A stretch of DNA of 64,000 nt, taken from positions 69,750,001-69,814,000 of the forward strand of contig NC_042999.1 of the NCBI RefSeq assembly GCF_006345805.1, read 5' to 3'. Position 1 is the first letter of the stretch. Every line of letters begins with the position of its first letter. The stretch comes from Octopus sinensis. Taxonomy: Eukaryota. The position numbers were made by a program, and so were the translations under genes. Of this stretch, positions 1 to 11,471 are shown in pieces. The notes beneath the pieces were generated by a model. That model ran no database searches. It was not told the origin of the DNA and saw only the letters and a program-made list of their open reading frames with translations.

Positions 1-117
1 TAATAGTTTTATGGCCTCATTAACAGGTAGCACCTGACCTGACATCATTTCTTCACTACTAAAAAAAGTAAAATTCTTTACTGAGTCATACCAACTCCTA
101 AGGGCTGGTTTCAATCA

Positions 118-640
118 TCATCATCGTTTAATGTCCGCTTTCCATGCTAGCATGGGTTGGACGATTTTGACTGGCGAACTAGATGGCTGCACCAGGCTCC
201 AATCTTGATCTGGCAGAGTTTCTACAGCTGGATGCCCTTCCTAACGCCAACCACTCCGAGAGTGTAGTGGGTGCTTTTTACATGCCACCGGCATGGGAGC
301 CAGTCAGGAGGTACTGGCAATGACCTCGCTCGAATCTTTTTACACGTGCCCCCGGCACAGGTGCAAGTGAAGCAACGTTGGTAACGATCATGCTCGAATG
401 GTGCCCTTTTACATGCCACCGGCACAGAAGCCAGCTGGCTGCTCTGGCAATGATCACGCTCGGATGGTGCTCTTGGCACCCTACTAGCACAGGCACAAGT
501 GCCAGTAAGGTGACACTGGTAACGATCATACTCGAATGGTGCCCTTTTATGTGCCACTGGCACAGAAGCCGGTTAGCCGCTCTGTCAACAATCACACTCG
601 TATGGTGCTCTTTGCACCCCGCTAGCATGGATGCCAGTCA
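118..640 (-). mobile_element. RTE-LINE 3'-tail repeat (family B; dozens of copies in the window)
   Basis: (CAT)n tail plus gctggatgcccttcctaacgccaaccac; internal cacgtaaaaagcacc sub-repeats. Confidence 0.75.
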
Positions 641-1099
641 TCTAATTAATTTTGATTTTACTTGCCTCAACAGGTCTTCGTAAGCGGAGTTTAGTGACCA
701 AAGAAGGAAAAGGTATGCATAAGCAGGCTGGTTACGCTCCTGACGTAGGCCACAGGTTATGGTCTCATTTGGCTTGCCGTATATATTTCCCCACCTGGAC
801 GAGACGCTGGTCTGTCACAGGATTACTCATTGTTGCCAGCTGAGTGGACTGGAGCAATGTGAAATGAAGTGTCTTGCTCAAGAACACAATGCATCACCTG
901 GTCCAGGAATCAAAACCACCATCTTACAATCACGAATCCAACACCCTAACCACTAAGCCACATACCTTCACCATTAAAACTTTAGATGATAATGATGATG
1001 ATGGTGATGATGATATGATTACACAAATTGGGGAATTAAAAAAAAATTTTTTGTGTGTTTTTTTATTTATCTTTTTTTCTTTTGTTTCTGATTTTTTAG

Positions 1100-1227
1100 G
1101 ATGCAGAAATATGTTGGTCGAGTAGATTTTCTATTTTGGGATCAATCTCATTATGTTGGGAAACGAATATTAGTTGGCACCGAAAAAAATACTATTGCAG
1201 CTATCAATGTCCACAATGGAAGTATTG
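1100..1227 (+). CDS. EMC1: EMC1 exon (first in window): (W)[42 protein letters not shown]
   Basis: ttttag| acceptor, |gtgagt donor; resembles WRQQYVGK...LVVATEKNVIAALN. Confidence 0.93.
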
Positions 1228-2824
1228 GTGAGTAGTAATTTGTATCTTAAATTACATATCATATATATATATATATATATGTATTGTTATCTTTTATTTG
1301 TTTGAGTCATTAGACTGTGGCCATGCTGGAGTACCACTTTCAATGGTTTAGTCAAACAAATTGACCCCAGTGCCTATTTTTAAGTCCGGTACCTATTCTG
1401 TCAAACTCTTTTGCTGAACTGTTGGACTACTAAGTTATGGGGACATAAACAAACCAACACTGGTTGTCAAGCAGTTTTGGTGGGGGTGCAAACATAAAGA
1501 CACAGACATATCAGCATTTGTTTTTCCATGCTGGCATGGGTTGGATGGTTTGACAGGAGCTGGCAAGCCAGAGGTCTGCACCAGGTTGCAGTCGTCTGTT
1601 TTGGCATGGTTTCTATGACTGAATGTCCTTTTTAATGCCTGATACTTTACAGAGTGTACTGGGTGCTTTTTAAGTGGCACTGACACATATACCTACTAGC
1701 ACTATGACCCGGCAACACCGACTCATAGTGCTAGTGCATGCATATATAGCTGCGTGCGTGTGCACATACACGCGAGTACTGTCCAAATCTCCGACCAATC
1801 ACATACAGCTAGCTGGCATTCAATTGGCGTATCAAGTTTCAGGCATTTTGATTGGGTTTTGGATAGAAAATTCACAAAAAAGTCACTTATTGATTTTTTT
1901 AATGGCTTTGTTGGGTGACTGGGAAAATGTAAAGATGTGCATGACCACCCTTGAATAACCATAGAAAGTGTGATCCCTCTAACTGAAAACTTGTGGATTT
2001 GTATAAAGGACACACGCACAGACATTTTGCCGTTTATATATATAGAGATATAACAGGCTTCAACTTAGAAGGCTTTGGTCAGAAAAGGGTTACAGTAGAA
2101 AATATTTGCCCAATGTGCCTTGCACTGGGATGGAACCCAAAATCATATGGTTTCAAAATGCCTGAGCCTAAATCTTGTTCTAAAGATGTGAATATATATA
2201 TAGGGAGAGTTTATGAAGAAAACAAAAGATGAAGACAGGTGGTGTACAAAACAAACAGATGTATTAGTATAACGTTCAGGAATAGAAAAAGTCTTTTACG
2301 TTTCGAGCCTATGCTCTTCTACAGAAAGGAACGCAGAAAAAAAACAAGGAGAGAAAAAAATGTGTGTAGTGGCTTACGATCTATCATATATATATATATT
2401 ATATATATATATATATATAATGGGAAGATCTGCAAACAAATCTCTGACTTGTTTTGGAGAATTTGTTGCAGTTGCTTCCTCCAGCATCATATTCCAATGA
2501 TGATTATATTTGTCACAAAAAAATCATGTTAAAAAATCGCCACAAATAATTGCTGGATTTCGTAATTAATTTTGATTACTCCCCAAATTTATTTCCAAGT
2601 TGTAAAAATTGTTATCGTACGGAAAAACTTCATCGCAAAAAAGTCACATAAAAAATTGCCATAAACAATTAGCAGTAATGAAAACTTGGGAATCCTAAAT
2701 TTCAGGGTTGCGGGTCTGGATTCGGCCCGGAATGTTTTTAATTTACTCACTGAGTCAGCCTGATTCCAAAATGGTATATGTTGGGCTATAGCCTCTAGGA
2801 GTAAAGTTGAAAATGTGTGACACA

Positions 2825-2859
<35 letters not shown>

Positions 2860-5800
2860 AAAAGAACATCAAAACTATGTTTGAGGTTGTTGTGAATTCT
2901 TGACAGAGAAGAAGAAGGAGGAGGAGGAAAAGAAGAAAAAGAAGATTCATCTTCTCCTTCTTCTTCCCTGCCAAGAATTCACAACAACCTCGAACCCACA
3001 AGAGAGACAGAGACAGGCAGAAACAAAGAAAATGCAACTTGTATTTGAATACTATGCAAATATTCTTTTAAAAACCTTTTCATTTAATTTCTCCAAAATT
3101 CAATTGCTTTCCATACTTACAGTTGAAAAGGTCTCAATGACCAGAACCGGTACTGAAATGTTTTTTGTAAAATTATTTTAGCATCTTCTGCCTTGACTTT
3201 TTTTTTCCATATATATATATATATATATATATTGATCAAAATAAAAACATGATGCCAAGGATTCAGCCATGATAGATCGTAAGCCACTACACACATTCTT
3301 TTCTTTCCTTGTTTTTTTCTGCGTTCCTTTCTGTAGAAGAGCATAGGCTCAAAACGTAAAAGACTTTTTCTATTCCTGAACGTTATACTAATACATCTGT
3401 TTGTTTTGTACACCACCTGTCTTCGTCTTTTGTTTTCTTCATAAACTCTCCCTATATATATATATATTCACATCTTAAGAACAAGATTTAGGCTCAGGCA
3501 TTTTGAAACCATATGATTTTGGGTTCCATCCCAGTGCAAGGCACATTGGGCAAATATTTTCTACTGTAACCCTTTTCTGACCAAAGCCTTCTAAGTTGAA
3601 GCCTGTTATATCTCTATATATATATATATATATATATATAGGGTTTTCATCCTTTCAGGGTTGATAATATAAGTACCAATTGAACACTAAAGTCGATATA
3701 ATTGACTTACCCCACTCCCCCTGAAGCTATTGGCATTGTGCCAAAAATTTGAAACCAATGTATTACTGGTACTGTTTTCATTAAATTGTCTTTTTCTTTT
3801 GTTTTGTTTTGCAGCTTGGCGACAGATGTTTGAGGAAGGAGAACGAGGAAGGATAAATAATCTTCTTCATCATGGAAACGGTTTGTTCTTTTAATTGTTT
3901 TTTTTTTTAAATTTTCTCTCTTCCTTTTTTTGTTTCTTTTCTTTCTCTGCCTATAATCTTCTACCGCCATCCCTTTTCTCTCTCTCTCTGTTTCTAACCC
4001 TCTTCCTCCTCTCTTTGTCTGTTTCCTTCTGTCTATTTCTCTTATTCTCTATTTCTGTTTGCCTCTCTCTCCTATTAATGTCAGAAGCCAAGTTCCTCAT
4101 CAACTGGGACCTCACTTCTATTGAATCCTTATTAGACCATTAACTTACAAATGTCACAGCTCCAAACTCAACAGTGTTAATTACTCATTGTGAAGGTAGA
4201 TGTCCTAATGGTTCAGGCATTTGACTCATGACCATAAGGCCGTAAGATCAAATCCCTGGCAGTGCATTGTGTTCTTAAGCAAGACACTTTATTTCACATT
4301 GCTCCAGTTCACTCAGCTGGCAAAAATGAGTTACCCTTGCAATTCACTCTGAGAGTGTAGTGGGGTGCTTTTTACGTGCCACCAGCACAGGAGCCAGTCA
4401 GGCGGGGCTGGCATCGGCCACGTTTGGATGATGCTTTTTACGTGCCACCAGCATGGAAGCCAGTCAGGTGGTCCTTGCATTGATCACATTTGGAGCATCG
4501 AATGCTATTAATCATTAATGATTCTAACAGCTTGTCACCTTTGTTTAGAATACAGTTAATAAAATGAGTTCCTTTTTTCTTGCGTTGGGCCTCAAGGAGG
4601 TAAAGTGGCTGAGTTTCCTTCAAGTGTTGGGTCTCCCAGGGGCAAGGTGGCTGAGATCCTTTTAAGCGTTGGGTCTCACAGAGGCAAAGTGTCTGAGTCC
4701 TTTCAAGTGTTGGGCCTCATAGAGGCAATGACCAAGACTTTTGGCATTATGTCATGCTTGGGAAGAAAACCCATGCAGCCAAGCAAAATCACAGATGTGG
4801 CAGATAGCAGTGTCATGCAAATTGCACATGTAAACGCAACCTTGGTGTCATGCAAATGGCACATGTGCCAGTGGCATGTAAAAGCACCCAATACATTCTT
4901 GGAGTGGTTGGCATTAAGAAGGGCATCTAGCCTTAGAAAACCATGCTAAACCAGACTGGATTCTGGTGCAGCCTTCTAGCATGCCAACCCAGTCAAACTG
5001 TCCAACCCATGCCAGCATGAACAACGGATGTTAAGTGATGATGATGACGATCACCTGTGCTGGTACCACATAAAAAGCACTGGTGCTGGTATCCTGTAAA
5101 AATCACTCAATACTGTGGTTGGCATTAGGAAGGGCATCCAAATGTAGAGATCATACCAAAACAGATAACTGGAGTCTGATGTAGCTCTTGTCAACACATG
5201 CCAGCATGGAAAATTGATGTTAAAGGATGATGAAGACCTTGTATAAAATTCTGATGGAAGATTTATATTTATATAAGACTATTGGAAAACTGGAGGTTTT
5301 AGAGTAAAGTGCCTAAGATAATGATCTTGGATGGGTTGTTAGATAAAGAATTATAATTTTTATTTTCTGACTTGTAGTTTAAAATAACCCTTTTGTTACT
5401 GTATTTATTTTGAGATGTTCTGTGTTTCTTTCAATTAATTTTAAATATAGCAAAGAATTTAGTAAAATAACTTAGTTATCGTTAAGCTAGTGTTAGGAAC
5501 ATAAATTGTGACTAAGGTTTGGTGGAAGGTTTTAATTCAAAACTTATGAAAACAAGACATTTGTATTCGGAGCCAGGGCCGGTTTCAGCCGGGTTTGTAA
5601 TGAAAGGGTTAATCCCAGTCATTTCTGATCCACCTGACCTATAGTCTGAATATCTTTAAACCCTTTGGCATTCAGATTACTCTGTTAAATGTAATCCTTA
5701 TTTATTCACAGTTTTCAATTAATCTTGCATTATCCCATATCTCCAAGATTTTGATGATGTGATTATTTTTAGAATGGCATCATAGGGTAGGTGTGAGGGG

Positions 5801-6510
5801 CCCAGATCTGACCACTCTGAACATAAAACAGGATATTTAGACCTGACATTTTGGTTTAAATGCTAAAGGGTTAAAGACATTTGTAATCTCTCCAAGATGA
5901 CATAAGGGATGAATGTGTAGTCTTTCCTTTAAGGAATGAGATATACATTCCTTTCCTGGCAAGTAGTTTAGTTTATTAATTAAGTGATTAAAAAAAAAAA
6001 TCTTCAGATTTTCCCTGTTATTGCAATTGTTTATCCTGTTTTCTCTTCTCAATTCTAGCCTTGGTGAGTGTCTCTGGAAATGGAAAAATAGTTCGGTCCT
6101 GGGTGGCAACTTCTGGTTTCATGCAGTGGGAAGTGGTACTCAGTGCTCAACCAACTTTGAGGTAAGGATACTGCAAAATCTTGATATTCCTTCTTAGAAA
6201 TTCACATCATCATTATCATCATCATCATTTGATGTCTGTTTTCCATGCTTGCATGGGTGGGATGGTTTGACAGGAGCTGTACCAGGCTCTATTGTCCGTT
6301 TTGGCAAGGTTTCTACAGCTGGATGCCCATCCTAAAGTCAACCACTTCACAGAGTGTACTGGGTACTTTTACATGGCACCAGCACCCACGAGATCACAAG
6401 ACAAGGACCTTTCAGCTGAGAAAGGGAGTGGAACCGAGAGAAAGAGAGGGGGACAAAGGTTACCATCTTACCATTGAGGAGATACATATATATCTGTTCA
6501 TCACTTCAAA

Positions 6511-6594
<84 letters not shown>

Positions 6595-9500
6595 CGGTAA
6601 TGATGGATGGTTTTGTTTTTCAGGTAGGATTCATTTGGCTAATTAACTGAATTAATATGTAAGTGGCTGAGTGTTCCTAAGTGTAAATCAGCATGACACA
6701 TTATGCCCTAGATGCCACTGAGAAGGATCAAACCTAGGGTCTCATGACTGCAAAGTGAACTTCTTAACCATTTTGCTTACTGCAAGTGTGTGAAGTGTAT
6801 TAGGTGGATCAGTGCTTGCTTCCTAACCACATGGTTTCGGGTTCAGTCCCACTGCATGGCACTTTGGGCAAGTGTCTTCTACTATAGCCTTGGACTGACT
6901 AAAGCCTTGTGATTGGATTTGGTAGATAGAATCTGAAAGAAGCCCGTCATATATATGTCTGTGTTTGTCTCCCACCCCTGCTCGACAACCGGTGTTGGTT
7001 TGTTTATGTCTCTGTAACTTAGCAGTTTGGCAAAAGAAACCAATAAAATAAGTACCTGACGCAAAAAACATACTGTGGTAGATTCATTCAACTAAAATTC
7101 TTGGAGGTGGTGCCCCAGTATGGTCTAATGACTGAAACAAGTAAAAGATAAGATTAAGATATATCTATCCCTTTCTTGAAAAAAGGTAAGGGTTAGTGGC
7201 AGGAAGGGTATCCAACTGTAAAAACAGCCCTCATTTGCATGAATCATACCAGCATGGAAAAAACAAGAAGCACTAAAAGGAATCTTTGTACACACGCACA
7301 TATATGCATCTACGTATATATTGTTTGTTTATTTTGTATGTTTGTTATTTTGCAGAACTGCTGCCATGTTCATGGGTAGCCGCAAAGGTAAGGATGTAAT
7401 TTCCTCTTATCATTCTATCATTTTAATGAGGGTTATAGAAGAACTGATTCCATGGTATAGGTTTTGGCTTCGAATTGAAGTCAACCCCCAACTGGGCTAG
7501 GGACATCAAATGCAGTGTCTGTCTAGAAGGAAACATTGGGTGTCAACATCTATTAAATAGGGTACAAGGAGGACTGACTGTATTTTGATCAAGACTCAGC
7601 TGAAGACTTCATCATTGTCATTTAACGTCCGCTTTCCATGCTGGCATGGGTTGGATGGTTTGACTGAGGGCTGGTGAGCCAGACGGCTGCACCAGGCTCC
7701 AATCTGATCTGGCAAAGTTTCTACAGCTGGACGCTCTTCTTAATGCCAACCACTCCAAGAGTGTAGTGGGTGCTTTTATGTGCCACCGGCACAAGGTCCA
7801 GTCATGCAGTACTGGCATTGACCATGCTCAAATAGTGCTTTTTACGTGCCACCTGCTCAGGAGCCAGTTCGGCGGCACTGGCAACAACCACGCTCGAATA
7901 GTGCTTTTTAAGTGTACTCCATTGTTGACAGTGAGTGTAACCCACTTCTTGGTTATGGAGAGTAAATCTCCTTGGAATACTTGGAGTACAAATCTCTCCT
8001 AATCCGCACAAATTGAGGTGACTGTTTGTTTATTTATTTTTGCTGTAATTTAATGTTAATTTCTGTGATTATTTATCATTTTTGCCATGTATCAATTTAA
8101 GATCTTTGCTAATTCATCATTTGTTATGAAATAAATAACAATAACAATAGGGATCTATTTACATTTTACGGATTTGTCCTCATCTTGTTTGTTGTTAACA
8201 CAACGTTTCAGCTGATATAACCTCCAGCCTTCATCAGGTGTCTTGGGGGTAAGTTCGAACCTGGGCTCTCATTCCTAGGGTAGTTTTTGATGATGATGAT
8301 GATGACGCCGCTTCCGCCACCCTCCTCCTCCAGGTCACTGCTTAGAATCGCATTCGGAATCTTAGGTTTAGTAGCCCACACTCTTAAACACTAAGATGAG
8401 GACAAATATCCGTCAAATGTAAATAATATAAATAATGTACATAATTGCTCATCTCTTAAATATAGAACTGAACAATAGGGATGATGATGATGGTGGTAGC
8501 CACCGCTGATGTCGTTGTTGTTGTAAATTAATGTCTGTTTCAATGCTGGTATTATTTGGAGAGTTTGACAGGAGCTGACAAGCTGGGGGCCTGCACCAAG
8601 CTCCAATTGTCTATTTTGGCATGGTTTCTATGACAAGATGCCCTTCTATCGCTAACCACTTTACAGAGTTTACTGGGTGCTTTTTACATGGCCCCAACAC
8701 TGACAAGTTCATCAAGTAACTTGCAAGACAAAATCTCCTTCAGTTAGGAGGGGGGGTAGTCGTGAGGGTTAGAGGGTATGGCTTTGTGCCAGTTGATGAG
8801 AAATTAAAATGATAGAAAAACACTATTCGAGTGTGGTTGATGCCAGTGCCGCCTGACTGGCTCCCATGTTGGTGACACCTAAAATGCACCCACTACACTC
8901 TCGGAGTGGTTGGCATTAAGAAGGGCATCAAGCTGAAGAAACATTACCTGGTGCGGGCTCCTGGCTTGCCAGTCCCTAGTCAAACTGTCCAACCCATGCC
9001 AGCATGGAAAGCGGACGTTAAATGATGATGATGATGACATACTTATATATGTATATATATATATATATATTTTTTTTTTTCAGTAAAAGCAATTAAGATT
9101 CAAGTGAGTTCCAATGAATTCACATGAATGTGGTACTTAACTTAGATGCACCAGAAATCTATATGGTATTAACCATAAAATAATGTGGGGTGATTATAAA
9201 CAAGAAAAAAGCACCAAGAATGGATTAGTTGTTCAGTACAATTGTTTCATACGAAGAACAGCTTTATTAAAAGCTGCAAATATTGCAGCAAATACAAGTG
9301 TCCCGTATTCATCAGCCAAAACACATATGAGTTTTCCAAACATCCTAGGAGGTGAGGCTACACTCATGAAGTATCGAAGAGAGTTCTATAAAAAGCAAAG
9401 ATAGATTGTAAGCAGACTTCAAAAGTTCCCTAATGATGCACATTTTTATAAAAGGTTTTAAAAAAATTTGTTAGCTTCACAGAAAAGGTAAATCCATCCA

Positions 9501-11421
9501 TAATAATGCAGGTGCAATTTCCGGAGATATGAGGAGATATTTCATACACAGAGACGATGAATTTATCCATAATAATGTAAGTATAATTTCCTGATATATG
9601 AGAAGATGCTGATCACATTTCTGTTCATTTCACAAAACTACTATGTTGGAATTATATTGGCTAAAAGAAGTTAGTGGAGCAGAAAAATCGCCCAAATAGG
9701 GCATTATGGGACAATAATTAAATAATTCTACATCTGAAGATGATCCCCCTAGGTGTAATTGTAGAATTAGGTCAAAATGCCTGGCACCTGGTCTGTGTGG
9801 GGTAAATAACGTAATCTATAAATGTACCATAACTACTGAGAATAGCAAATTTTTTTATTTAGGTTGTACTATAAAATTAAAAAAAAGAGTTAGCAACCAT
9901 ATCTCCTCTTTTAAGTTACGTCATAAAGCTGGTTGCACCACACTTTCAAGTAAGATCTGGGAACTCAAAAATAATAATATTAAATATAACCTTAATTGGG
10001 AAATAGTTAGAAGAGCGATGCCTTATAGAAATAACAGGGTTGGTTGCCAACTCTGCTCCATGGAGACATATGAAATTCTAAGGCATAGAAAAAATAAAAA
10101 TTTGTTAAATAACCGTATAGAATTGGGTCGATCTTGTATTCACGCGAAAATTAAGACTCTTAAATATTTTAAATAAAAATCGTATAGAATAATCGTATGG
10201 AGCTAGGTCTATCTTGCTTTTACTAAAAAAGCAAAACTCTAATATATTTTTAAATAGATATCTGCGAGCTCTTACACTGGTGTTCTTTCTTTCTAACTGT
10301 ACCTGGTTTAGAACACAGAAATAAATGGTATTTGTACGTTGCCAAAAATTTAAATTGACTATATAGTTAATTTAATTTAATCTAATTTTAATCTAATTTA
10401 ATTAACCCAACTTAAATCAAATAAGTTGCTAATACTTCATAATTCTATTATAAGTTTAAATAAGTAATGCTACTCCCTTAATAAATAATAATATAAGGAA
10501 TTTTCACTATTTTTTTTTTAATAAACAATACTCTCACACCTTTTACTATAGAAATTAATTGACCTCTAGGTATAGACCTAAAGTCTGTCTTACAATGTAT
10601 AAACATTTGTATAAATAGTAACAATAATAAATAAATAAATAACCTCTTGTTCTAGTATTGCACTTAAACCTCTTAATGTATTTTCCTCTACTGATAGCCT
10701 TTGGCCCCTTTGATACTTTCTCTTATTCTCTTTATATTCTTATATCTGCCTTTTGACTCTGTAGGATTGGCAGTTAACAGCTGTATGCTGGTCAAAAGTA
10801 ATGTTCTCTTTTATAAATCTCAGATTCCTGCAACTCTGACCTAGACTTTGTCACCACAGAAATAGACTATTCTGTGTAGGTTGTGTACTTACACCCCTTC
10901 CTCTCAGTTGTCCCATAATGCCCTATTTGGGCGATTTTTCTGCTACACTAACTTCTTTTAGCCAATATAATTCCAACATAGTAGTTTTGTGAAATGAACA
11001 GAAATGTGATCAGCATCTTCTCATATATCAGGAAATTATACTTACATTATTATGGATAAATTCATCGTCTCTGAGTATGAAATATCTCCTCATATCTCCG
11101 GAAATTGCACCTGCATTATTATGGATGGATTTACCTTTTCTGTGAAGCTAACAAACTTTTTTTAAAACCTTTTATAAAAATGTGCATCATTAGGGAACTT
11201 TTGAAGTCTGCTTACAATCTATCTTTGGTTTTTATAGAACTCTCTTCGATACTTCATGAGTGTAGCCTCACCTCCTAGGATGTTTGGAAAACTCATATGT
11301 GTTTTGGCTGATGAATACGGGACACTTGTATTTGCTGCAATATTTGCAGCTTTTAATAAAGCTGTTCTTCGTATGAAACAATTGTACTGAACAACTAATC
11401 CATTCTTGGTGCTTTTTTCTT

Positions 11422-11471
<50 letters not shown>

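Larger units (their letters stand above)
9082..11428 (+). mobile_element. 5'-truncated Penelope-like retrotransposon (PLE) with inverted 5' copy of its 3' end
   Basis: GIY-YIG ORF 9718-10176; arms 9195-9714 and 10908-11428 are reverse complements; HHR motif in both arms; (TA)n at both outer ends. Confidence 0.85.

Noticed and set aside
222-843. ORF-track proteins such as [21 protein letters not shown] recurring across the window
   Set aside because: Chance frames through SINE/LINE-tail repeats
6609-6628. ttttgtttttCAG|GTAGG recursive-splice-like site
   Set aside because: The intron is only 1.2 kb and the motif is part of a duplicated repeat; its paralogue reads CAG|GTTGG
9183-9404. Twin ORFs [18 protein letters not shown].. 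(also 11219-11476 minus)
   Set aside because: They are the antisense reading of the two ribozyme-bearing arms; they duplicate only because of the inverted repeat
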